Source: an uncultured Nitrospiraceae bacterium
GTDB taxonomy: Bacteria; Nitrospirota; Thermodesulfovibrionia; Thermodesulfovibrionales; SM23-35
NCBI GenBank assembly: GCA_963727775.1
Contig: CAVSHB010000001.1
Span: forward strand, 640,001 to 704,000
Length of the DNA: 64,000 nt
Reading direction: 5' to 3'
The translations under genes were made by a program, and so were the position numbers. Shown piece by piece: positions 10,301 through 16,529 of the stretch. The notes beneath the pieces are model-generated. The model had not been told where the DNA came from. It searched no databases and saw nothing but the letters and a program-made list of their open reading frames with translations. Every line of letters starts with the position of its first letter. Positions within the stretch are counted from its first letter, which is position 1.

Positions 10301-13081
10301 TTAACCGGAGTAGCGGGCGCAGTTGCATATAATTCCGGCACAAACACTGCAACCTTTACCCCGTCTGCGAATCTCGCCTACAACACAACCTATACAGCTA
10401 CCGTCACAACAGGGGTTAAGGATATCTCAGGGAATAATATGGCGTCAAACTACATATGGAGCTTCACAACAGCGGCAGCGCCTCAGTACAACCTTAATGT
10501 AACCAAAACAGGAACTGGGACCGGTACTGTCAACAGTTCTGAGACGCCTTCTCCATTGATCAATTGCGGCAGCGCCTGCAGCGCAACATATAATTCCGGT
10601 ACCGTAGTCACGCTTACCGCCACAGCAGCGTCCGGCTCAGCCTTCACTGGCTGGTCAGGGGCCTGTTCAGGAGGGGCGCAGCAGTGTGCGGTAACCATGG
10701 ATGGTACTAAAACAGCTACAGCCAATTTTGACGTAGGCCAGGTCGCAACCCATGTCGTTACCCCATCCTCAGGAGGAAACGGCGATATTAGTCCTGCAAC
10801 ACAGCAGAACGTTCCGGACAATACGCCTGCTTCATTCGCCCTGAACCCTTCCACCGGCTACCACGTCTCCTCTGTGACCGGCACATGCGGAGGCACATTA
10901 AACGGTAATACGTTTACGACAAATCCTGTAAAAAGTAATTGTACTGTAACAGCCAATTTTGCGATCAACACTTACAAAATCACGCCTTCCGTAAATACAC
11001 AGGGAGGCACGCATGGCGTAATAACTCCGTCAGGACTTCAAACAGTCAATTACAATACACCTAAATCTTTTACCCTTACGCCTGTCACGGGGTATTATGT
11101 CGATACGGTTACGGGTGACTGCGGAGGCACATTAACCGGCAATGCTTTTAAAACGAATCCGGTGACCGCTGACTGTGCTGTAGTCGCCAACTTTGCGGCT
11201 AATACATACAGTGTTTCTACATCCATCGGCAGCGGCACAGGGGGAAGTATCAGCCCTACGGGTGTAACCGTAAACTACAGGGACAGGCCGCAATTCACAA
11301 TAACTCCCGATACGGGTTTTCATATCGGATCAGCAAGCGGCTGCGGCGGCTCTTTGAGCGGCAATACCTATACAACCGGCCAGATAACCTCAAACTGTAC
11401 GGTGGCCGCTTCATTTGCGATCAATACTTATACTATCTCAACTTCTGCCGGAACAGGCGGCGGGATCAGCCCCATGAGCGCCAAGCCAAATTATGGAGAC
11501 ACCCCGCAGTTTATGATAAACCCGAACGACGGTTACCATATCGTTTCTGTGAGCGGCTGCGGCGGTTCATTAAACGGCAATACTTATAAAACCGGCCAGA
11601 TTACAGGGAACTGCACGGTGACCGCAAGCTTTGCAATCAATACATATAATGTTTCCACATCTTCAGGCACAGGGGGTAACATAAGTCCTGTTAGCGCAAC
11701 AGTCGGTCAGGGGAACCCAACACAATTCATCCTAACGCCCGACGTCGGGTATCACATTGCATCAGTATCAGGTTGTGGGGGAACGCCGTTCCAGAGCTTA
11801 AATGTTATCACTTCAAAAAAGAAGCCAAAAAGAAATGCGCTCTTGAACAACACTTACACAACCGGTCCCATCACAGCGGATTGCACAGTCACAGCAGAAT
11901 TTGCAATCAACACTTATACCGTCACACCTTCTGCAGGAGCGCATGGAGGCATTAGTCCCTCATCTCCGCAGACAGTGGAAAACAATAACCCGATCTCATT
12001 CGGAATAAATCCTGATGCCGGTTATCATATCAATTCTGTGAGCGGCTGCGGCGGCGCATTATCCGGCGACATTTATAAAACAGGCCTGATCACAGGGGAT
12101 TGTACAGTCACAGCTTCTTTTGCGATCGATACCCACCTCGTTTCGACTTCAGCAGGTCAGGGCGGAGAAATCAACCCTGCAAGCGCGACGGTCAATGATG
12201 GTAGCACGACACAGTTCACTATAACTCCCGATGACGGATATTATCTCATCTCAGTATCAGGCTGTGGAGGAACACCTTTGCTGAGTTCAGGCGCAACGGC
12301 GAGAAAGCAGAAGAGTTCGCTCTCCGCTTACACATATAAGACCGGGCCGATAACAGCGGATTGTACAGTTATAGCGGAATATGCGGTAAGCATTTTTACT
12401 GTGACTCCTTCGGCGGTAGGGAACGGCAGCATTGATCCTTCAACTCCCCAAACAGCAAAATATAATGATAAGCTCACATTTACCATTAAGCCTGATTCGG
12501 GTTATCATATCACAACAGTGTCCGGCTGCGGCGGGTCTCTGTCCGGCAACATTTTTACCACCGGCAATATTACGGGGGATTGTATAGTCTCCGTATCTTT
12601 CGCAGTAAACACATATGTTGTTACAGCTTCTGCCGATCAGAACGGCAGCATTGTGCCTTCCGGGCGCCAGTACGCGGCCTATAATGAAATGCTGTCATTC
12701 ACCGTAACTCCGGACAACCATTACCACATCTCTTCTGTTACAGGCTGTGGTGGAACGCTCTCCGGCAACACATACACGACCGGGCCTATCACTCAAGACT
12801 GTAATGTCAATGCCGGATTTGCTATAGACGCCTATGAATTTGCAATCTCTATATCAGGCACAGGCAGCGGTACCATAACTGCGAATGGATTGTCCTGTAT
12901 AGGGAACGCCTGTTCAGAATTTCCGTATGGCATAAAGGTAGTCTTCAAGATACAGCCGGACCCCGGTTGCCGTGTAGCCGATATCAAGATTGACGGGGTC
13001 TCTATCGGCGCGGTTAATACCATAACCTTTAAGCAGATGACCAGTGATCATACTATTGAGGTTGTTTTTGAGACAATGTAA
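1391..13081 (+). CDS. Giant (3896 aa) secreted modular adhesin/surface protein: signal peptide, YWTD/NHL-like propeller, three WQKTYGG beta-propellers, InlB B-repeat-like domains, Big_5 Ig domains, BACON-like domain, passenger-like segment
   Basis: Hydrophobic N-terminus; PxGIAI/ANLDG repeats; QQTxDGGYIVAG repeats; FxGWSGxC repeats; ISATFSEAM repeats. Confidence 0.9.
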   Translation: MKKLNTLIFAIIIFNIFLITGILIPLNSDAATQTMYTPNWDTNTISKANLDGSGGVSLNLGLLNYPFGIAISGERMYVVNYQNSKVIRANLDGTGAQDIGNPGSFLSNPTGIAISGGKMYIVAIDVSPYKVVQANLDGTGAQDLGNLNGTLNVPRGIAIDPSGYIYVANAGGNNISKADINGGGGVSLDISGLCNTPDGIAISGGKIYVACNGSQNIVRLNLDGTGVQNLGNLGGLSKPTGIAIDAYGGKMYVVSSDNGNGNQKIVQANLDGTGGTNLGNLSGVLHFGQMIAIFTQHNLTVTKTGNGTIISLPAGINCDTDCNELYTEGTVVTLKAIPDAGSYFNGWTGDCVSQALECKVTMDAAKNVTANFTTTPPSVQTWAKTYGGTGGDWANSIQQTSDGGFIVSGATASFGSGSNDAWILKLNADGTVAWQNTYGGTGDDGAGAIQQTSDGGYIVAGSTASFGAGSADVWILKLNADGTVAWQNTYGGTGDDGAGAIQQTSDGGYIVAGSTALFGAGSADAWVLKLNADGTVAWQKTYGGAGNDYANSVQQTLDGGYIVAGYTDSFGAGYGDAWILKLNADGTVAWQNAYGGAGADYAAAVQQTSDGSYIVAGYTNSFGAGSGDAWILKLNADGTVAWQKTYGGASDDYATAVQQTSDGGYIVAGRADSFGAGYGDAWILKLNADGTVAWQKTYGGAGDDYAYSVQQTSDGGYIVVGRTDSFGAGGTDIWILKLDSAGNISGCPSGLIGVTNVLGSSAGATLTGTAVIAAGTAVSPQTSIATVTDTSVSGAVICTGLQEYMLTVAKSGTGVGSVTSSPAGINCDTSNFDCSGLYLSGSVVTLTASTYSGNAFTGWSGGGCTGTGTCVVTVNAPVTVTANFDAVPTYQMSVVPSGTGAGRVTSTPGYIDCSTNCGDCSCGQSYNEGTAVTLSATADPGSVFTGWTVSGNPTACPGTGNCQVTMSADQSVTADFELGPTIRVLPANYNFGDTPVSTPLTREVTISNIGSVGNLNVTSDMTLSDSTNYSLDTGSGSSPCGSTTPTISPSSNCTVVITFTPKSTGIFNTTLSIISNDPVTPTINVPMSGSSGATGISWAKTYGGTGVDRANTIRQTTDGGYIVAGYTESFGAGNGYAWVMKLGSGGAVQWQKTYGGGGVNEVYSVQQTTDGGYIVAGYTNSSGAGSGDVWIMKLDSDGNVGSDYSGTWQKTYGGGNVEVVYSIQQTTDGGYIVAGYTSSFGAGNGDAWIMKLDSDGNVGSDYSGTWQKTYGGGNVDAMYSIRQTTDGGYIVAGYTDSSGAGDSDAWVMKLNTDGSVAWQKTYGGAGSEYAYPIQQTTDGGYIVAGGTYSFGAGNGDAWIMKLDSDGNVGSGYPGTWQKTYGGADYDFANSIQQTTDGGYIVAGGTYSFGAGNGDVWIMKLDSDGNVGSGYPGTWQKTYGGAGNDYANSIQQTTDGGYIVAGYTESFGAGNGDAWVLKLDSYGNISGCAASLIGITNTNISGIDTNATVTDTSVTGIDTSVTPQPSSATVADTGVTGLDICPPLGSVLDNPSLTWTTGGDAPWFGETLFSIDGDAAQSGAISNGQSSTLQTTINPSQDAILSFYWKVSSDPAHAFLTFYIDDIEQSGGHISGEVDWQLKQYPISAGTHTIKWIYSKDPSASIVNYDAGWVDKVQLATLYNLTVNKTGSTGEGTVISLPPGINCDLSNTDCSEMYGDGSVVTLKAVPAAGFYFAGWSGDCVSQALECKVAIDAAKTVTANFTTTPPIVQTWVKVIGDAQDDEANSVQQTSDGGYIVAGTKDGGSEGTGDFWIMKLTAAGDISWQKTYGNADSDWPYSLEQTADGGFIVTGMTGYGESGSGLIWMLKLDKDGNIEWQKESDGYSERGKAIHQTFDGGYIVIGETNSSGAGSQDILVLKLDKDGNILWKKTYGSDGYEGANDIKQTTDGGYIISGYSGTLGSGAFDAWIIKLDSNGNVGTGFPGTWQKTFGGGGSTNDYLSSIQQTSDGGYIAAGNTESFGEGSTDLWVFKLLANGDIDWQKTFGSTGNEGASSVQEVYQGGYVIAGSGFDGSWILRLDQSGNKIWEKTYGNSSNDNAASVRQTSDNGFIVAGWTSYLGNNRFLIAKLDADGDVGGCSFISSAANSTMHNINAVVGNSSGTMGISSDTLQSTFATVTPTSVTEANVCSGTVILWIGGDGNWSDPAKWSSGSVPLATDDALITVDGDYTVTVASDAAIHNLTLGGASGTQKLSISNPFTFTINGASTINNHAGIDLSGTLNAIGDMTMNGVLTWSGGTITGAGALIINNQAVLSGTDMTLDAKTVINNSWVSWVYGNVYFNNGAQFNNQVGAILSIEADYSASSSAGTGGAFNNNGGFITKNTGTGTTTLSNIAFNNDGTVSIESGTIKFDSSMSFSNTGPSRLQGYGTLDFSGYPFGSNNGIISPGTSIGTLSIIGNLIQMPSSAINIEIGGTAQYDQLNINGAVTLGGTLNVSLTGGFTPSIGDTFTILNYISKSGTFSTQNLPSLTGKQWNVNIGATSVVLTVTSSDTTPPTVSSTSPVNSDTNVPITSNISATFSEAMDASTINGSTFTVSGGVTGTINYDAITHTATLTPSANLAYSTIYTATITAGVKDVAGNNMAAAYTWTFTTAAAPPCTYTFNNPASANVPNTGGNNLSFTVTASSQSCVWTASSNNPTWITSVSGGATGNGTVTYNVSVNTGLGRSGSISVGSQSFVVNQAAENTPPTVTGTNPVNNATSVPITSAVSATFSEAMDATTIAGATFTLTGAAGGVTGTVAYNAGTNTATFTPSANLAYNTTYTATITTGVKDVAGNNMASNYTWSFTTAPQYMLNVTKTGTGSGTVTGNTPHTEINCGSTCSASYAAGTNVTLTAAPAAGSGFAGWSGACSGTNSSSTVTMGGPRTCTATFSDIVYPTVSSAAPNSGATGVPVNTSISATFSEAMNASTITGATFTLTGVAGAVAYNSGTNTATFTPSANLAYNTTYTATVTTGVKDISGNNMASNYIWSFTTAAAPQYNLNVTKTGTGTGTVNSSETPSPLINCGSACSATYNSGTVVTLTATAASGSAFTGWSGACSGGAQQCAVTMDGTKTATANFDVGQVATHVVTPSSGGNGDISPATQQNVPDNTPASFALNPSTGYHVSSVTGTCGGTLNGNTFTTNPVKSNCTVTANFAINTYKITPSVNTQGGTHGVITPSGLQTVNYNTPKSFTLTPVTGYYVDTVTGDCGGTLTGNAFKTNPVTADCAVVANFAANTYSVSTSIGSGTGGSISPTGVTVNYRDRPQFTITPDTGFHIGSASGCGGSLSGNTYTTGQITSNCTVAASFAINTYTISTSAGTGGGISPMSAKPNYGDTPQFMINPNDGYHIVSVSGCGGSLNGNTYKTGQITGNCTVTASFAINTYNVSTSSGTGGNISPVSATVGQGNPTQFILTPDVGYHIASVSGCGGTPFQSLNVITSKKKPKRNALLNNTYTTGPITADCTVTAEFAINTYTVTPSAGAHGGISPSSPQTVENNNPISFGINPDAGYHINSVSGCGGALSGDIYKTGLITGDCTVTASFAIDTHLVSTSAGQGGEINPASATVNDGSTTQFTITPDDGYYLISVSGCGGTPLLSSGATARKQKSSLSAYTYKTGPITADCTVIAEYAVSIFTVTPSAVGNGSIDPSTPQTAKYNDKLTFTIKPDSGYHITTVSGCGGSLSGNIFTTGNITGDCIVSVSFAVNTYVVTASADQNGSIVPSGRQYAAYNEMLSFTVTPDNHYHISSVTGCGGTLSGNTYTTGPITQDCNVNAGFAIDAYEFAISISGTGSGTITANGLSCIGNACSEFPYGIKVVFKIQPDPGCRVADIKIDGVSIGAVNTITFKQMTSDHTIEVVFETM
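2530..3610 (+). repeat. Intragenic tandem repeat, 156-nt period, about 7 blades
   Basis: attgaagcttaatgcgg recurs at 2659, 2815, 2971, 3127. Confidence 0.9.
4680..5830 (+). repeat. Intragenic tandem repeat, 156/174-nt period, about 7 blades
   Basis: gaagacctatggcgg recurs (5017 and 5191 are 174 nt apart); longer blades carry NVGSDYSGT/NVGSGYPGT. Confidence 0.9.
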
Positions 13082-13089
13082 AAGTTAAT

Positions 13090-14391
13090 TCAGTGGGTTG
13101 CACAGCTGAGACAGGGATCGAATATCCTTACACACCGGCTGATGAGTTTCTCGCCTTCTCCGGATATCCTGTCTCCTTCTAAATGTTTTTCTGCCAGATG
13201 TCTAAGAAAAAAGTTGATGTAGGCGTTATTAAACTGTGTGGCAACCAGAAGACGCATGCGTTCAATCTTCCCCTGATTGACGAGGTAACTGTGCATAAGT
13301 ATCCCTCGCGGCGCCTCTAAGACACCTGTCCCCTGTCCGCTTGCCGTCAGATCAGCGTCGACGGTCATCTGTGCAAGGTCTATCTTCTCTGTCAGATGAA
13401 GTATTTTTTTTGCGGCCCAGAAGATCTCCAGAAGGCGGCAGGCGTCATACGACTCCAGTGTCAATGAACTGCGGTTGCGTAACAGATTAGTAAGGTCAAG
13501 ATTAAGCAAATCCGGGTCGTGCAATGGTCCATTCTCCTGGAAACTACGGGACAGAGGCCCAACGAGCATGATCCCGTCCGGAAACCCCAGTCTTGTTAAA
13601 AAAGGAAATTTGGCAAGAGTCCAATCAGTTCTTAATTCGGAAATGTTATCCATAAAATCGTTGCGTCCAAAACGGAATTCCTGTCCTCCTTTTTGATTGT
13701 ATACGCAGAATGCGTCTTCTCCATCATTGCCATCGTAAGCTACAAAGTTAATGCGTTGTTCCGAAGGGAAAGGGATACTTTTCGACGAAGAATGAATCTC
13801 CCCGAGTTGTTGAATGAGACTTAGTGTGCGCGCTTTGACATCCATAGTTATAGTGCGAATTTCTTCAATGTCGGCAGAAGATGGAGACGAAGAAAAGCGG
13901 CCTATCCCGATCGTTACAGGATGAGACGTGCGTTTCCCCAGGAGCCGGACAATGCGCAATCCTGCATTACGCAGAGCAAAGGCTTCCCTCGTTATATCGG
14001 GGTGACTTTTCATAAGTTCAAAAATTCCTGCAGATGCGCCCATAAAGTCAGGCATGGTCAGAAAAAAATAACTTAAAGCGTGGCTGTCGATCCATTCACC
14101 TAATACCATTATTTCGCGGAGGGCTTTTACAGAGGGGGTCGGCTGGATCGATAGCGCTTCTTCAATGGCGCTGATTGAAGCAACCTGATGGGAGGATGAA
14201 CACAGGCCGCAGATCCGTGAGACCATATGAGGAACATGCTCAACACGCAGCCCGCGGGTAAATCCTTCAAAACCGCGAAACTCATGTACCAAAAACCGCG
14301 CTGTCTTTATTTTGCCTTCTTCGACCTCGATCTGAATATTGGCGTTTCCCTCTATTCGCGTGGCCTTCTGAAAAAGAATTTTTTTGCTCAT
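13090..14391 (-). CDS. [NiFe]-hydrogenase large subunit, group 3-like, with no C-terminal extension
   Basis: TRIEG, L1 RICGLCSSSH, EAPRG, L2 DPCLSCATH immediately followed by stop. Confidence 0.92.
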   Translation of the reverse strand: MSKKILFQKATRIEGNANIQIEVEEGKIKTARFLVHEFRGFEGFTRGLRVEHVPHMVSRICGLCSSSHQVASISAIEEALSIQPTPSVKALREIMVLGEWIDSHALSYFFLTMPDFMGASAGIFELMKSHPDITREAFALRNAGLRIVRLLGKRTSHPVTIGIGRFSSSPSSADIEEIRTITMDVKARTLSLIQQLGEIHSSSKSIPFPSEQRINFVAYDGNDGEDAFCVYNQKGGQEFRFGRNDFMDNISELRTDWTLAKFPFLTRLGFPDGIMLVGPLSRSFQENGPLHDPDLLNLDLTNLLRNRSSLTLESYDACRLLEIFWAAKKILHLTEKIDLAQMTVDADLTASGQGTGVLEAPRGILMHSYLVNQGKIERMRLLVATQFNNAYINFFLRHLAEKHLEGDRISGEGEKLISRCVRIFDPCLSCATH

Positions 14392-16286
14392 CTGATCCTC
14401 GATCTGTCACTCGGGAAATAGCGGTTGAACTTGAGTGAGCTGTTCGCATGTTTGCGGTAGATCTTCATCACCGACTTGATCTGGTCTTCCAAATGCGGAT
14501 GGCGTCCAACGAGTGAACTTAGCATGACCTCTTCAAAACTGCTCCCTTCGTCCATTTTTTTGAAAGCAGTCTGCGAAGGTCCGCGACATCCCCAGCACGG
14601 AAGGCCACCCCGAGGACAGACAGCCCCGCAGCCGCCCTTTGTCATGAATCCCATACATATAGCGCCACGGGAAGTGAAACAATGGTCTTTTCCCCATTCA
14701 GGTCTTGGGGCGACCCAGAAATGCTCTGCCGGAATTTTCTGCGGTTTGCGGCTGCACTCAGCACATACAATGGGTTTTGTTTTTACAGATTGCGCTTCAC
14801 CTTTGAGTTCGTTAATGAGCCGGCTGAGAAGGCCGACGTTTGGCGGGCATCCCGGAAGGTAATAATCAACCCTGACGAAATCATCCAGTTTCCTTGCGCG
14901 TCTGAGCAGTTTTAATTCCTCTTCCTGGTCCTGGTAAGTTGCCCGGGCTATCCCGCGCGAGCCCGACATGTAATATGCGAGGGGGTCTTTTGCATGGCCG
15001 TAAGATTCTTCGATCAATTCCTCAAGTTCGTATTGGTTGGCATAAGCCGGTATACCTCCAAAAGCGGCGCATGTCCCCCATGCAATGAGATATTTGGCCT
15101 TATGGCGGGCTTCTATAAGCTTTTCCTCGTCTTCTTTAACCCTTACCGTGCCATCAACAATTGCGATTTCTACCTCTACGATTTCTTCGGCATCAATCAG
15201 CATAGGGCAATATGAGATATTTATCTTTTTGAGAAGGTTTGTCAGCATTGCTTGGTCTTCCAGCAATACCGCAGAACAACCGCCGCAGGTGGACAAAGAA
15301 ACAATAGCAGTGCTGGTCCGGTTTTTCTTTCTCAATGGAGGAGGCATGTTGCGCATAATTACGCCTATTGATTTTTCAGGAGCGTTCAACGTCATCAACA
15401 GCATCCGCAGGCGGATGATTAAGCCCTGCAATATATACAGACCCAGTTCGGGTTCTGCCTTAATCCTCTCGGTGAACTCGTCCAGCTTTACAGGAAACAA
15501 TAGGGTACGCCCGGCAGCAGAAGCGTGGGCTGTCCTGCTTTGGCCGGTGATTATGGATGTCTCCCCAAAAAATTCTCCAGGTCCTAAATGCGCTAAAACG
15601 TACCTGTCATTATCCGGTCCCTGGCTGATCTCAATCTTGCCCTCGACTACAATAAATAGCCTGTCGCCGGGATCACCCTGATGAAATATGTATTCTCCAT
15701 CCTCGAACCATACACATTCTTCCCGATTGACAGAGACATCAACTGAAGAGTGTAATGACTTCTCTCGTGTCGGTAAATCTTTCAGATCTTCAGATTCCTG
15801 ATATCCCGCAGCCTGTGTGGACCCTGATTTTACGATGACATCAATATCAGGCGGCTGCGGGGATTCTGTCTGCTCATTCCGTTTATTTTCAATCAGGGCG
15901 CGTAAATTTTCATCGCCTTCAACTACAGCCTGCACGAGACGGCTTGTTTTTGTAATCCGCAGGCATAAAGTCTTAAACAGATGCGTGATCACTCCGGGAT
16001 CATGACGTATACGATTCAGCAATGATATACGGGTCAGGGGTAAAAGACAACTGCGGCTGATTGCTGTGGCAGTGGCTGCCCTGGCGTGATGGTCAAACAG
16101 CGCCATTTCTCCAAAAAAGTCCCCACGTTCCAATAATGCGAGAACATTCTTCTGCTCGTCTTTATTCCGGCTGATCTCAACAGCCCCCGATTGAATAATG
16201 TACATGGTATTACCCTGGTCGCCCTCACGGAATATGATCGCGCCTTTCTCGTAGGTAATGCCGAAAAGCTCTTCGCCCTTGCTCAT
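14388..16286 (-). CDS. Fusion of two cNMP-binding domains with a [NiFe]-hydrogenase small subunit (HydD/MvhG-like)
   Basis: GDFFGEMALF..RAAT and GEFFGETSII..RTAH cassettes; then TCGGC, GTCAAFGGIP, PGCPP, CAEC, GCGAVCP..CWGCRG; ATGA overlap with the large subunit; start could be 16286 (ATG) or 16334 (TTG). Confidence 0.92.
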   Translation of the reverse strand: MSKGEELFGITYEKGAIIFREGDQGNTMYIIQSGAVEISRNKDEQKNVLALLERGDFFGEMALFDHHARAATATAISRSCLLPLTRISLLNRIRHDPGVITHLFKTLCLRITKTSRLVQAVVEGDENLRALIENKRNEQTESPQPPDIDVIVKSGSTQAAGYQESEDLKDLPTREKSLHSSVDVSVNREECVWFEDGEYIFHQGDPGDRLFIVVEGKIEISQGPDNDRYVLAHLGPGEFFGETSIITGQSRTAHASAAGRTLLFPVKLDEFTERIKAEPELGLYILQGLIIRLRMLLMTLNAPEKSIGVIMRNMPPPLRKKNRTSTAIVSLSTCGGCSAVLLEDQAMLTNLLKKINISYCPMLIDAEEIVEVEIAIVDGTVRVKEDEEKLIEARHKAKYLIAWGTCAAFGGIPAYANQYELEELIEESYGHAKDPLAYYMSGSRGIARATYQDQEEELKLLRRARKLDDFVRVDYYLPGCPPNVGLLSRLINELKGEAQSVKTKPIVCAECSRKPQKIPAEHFWVAPRPEWGKDHCFTSRGAICMGFMTKGGCGAVCPRGGLPCWGCRGPSQTAFKKMDEGSSFEEVMLSSLVGRHPHLEDQIKSVMKIYRKHANSSLKFNRYFPSDRSRIR

Positions 16287-16529
16287 GGAGATATGCTCTG
16301 CGCACTTTGAATAAGCACGCTGTTTCCTCCTCAATTCAGTTCGGTCCTGCCTGCTCCAGGCTGAAACAGTATAACATATGGATAATGCCGATAAGGAACA
16401 ACAATATATAACCCGGGAAAATTTTGGCGGGATATATGGTTTTCAGGCATGGTATCATATTACACGTCAAGTCGAAAGAAAAACCCCTCGTCCGGGAAGG
16501 ATGGTGCTTAGTGCTAAGGAACAGGTCTT

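Noticed and set aside
16263..16286. N-terminus MSKGEELF matches the first eight residues of Aequorea GFP
   Set aside because: Similarity stops there and the sequence continues as a cNMP-binding domain; no vector features seen, so treated as coincidence.
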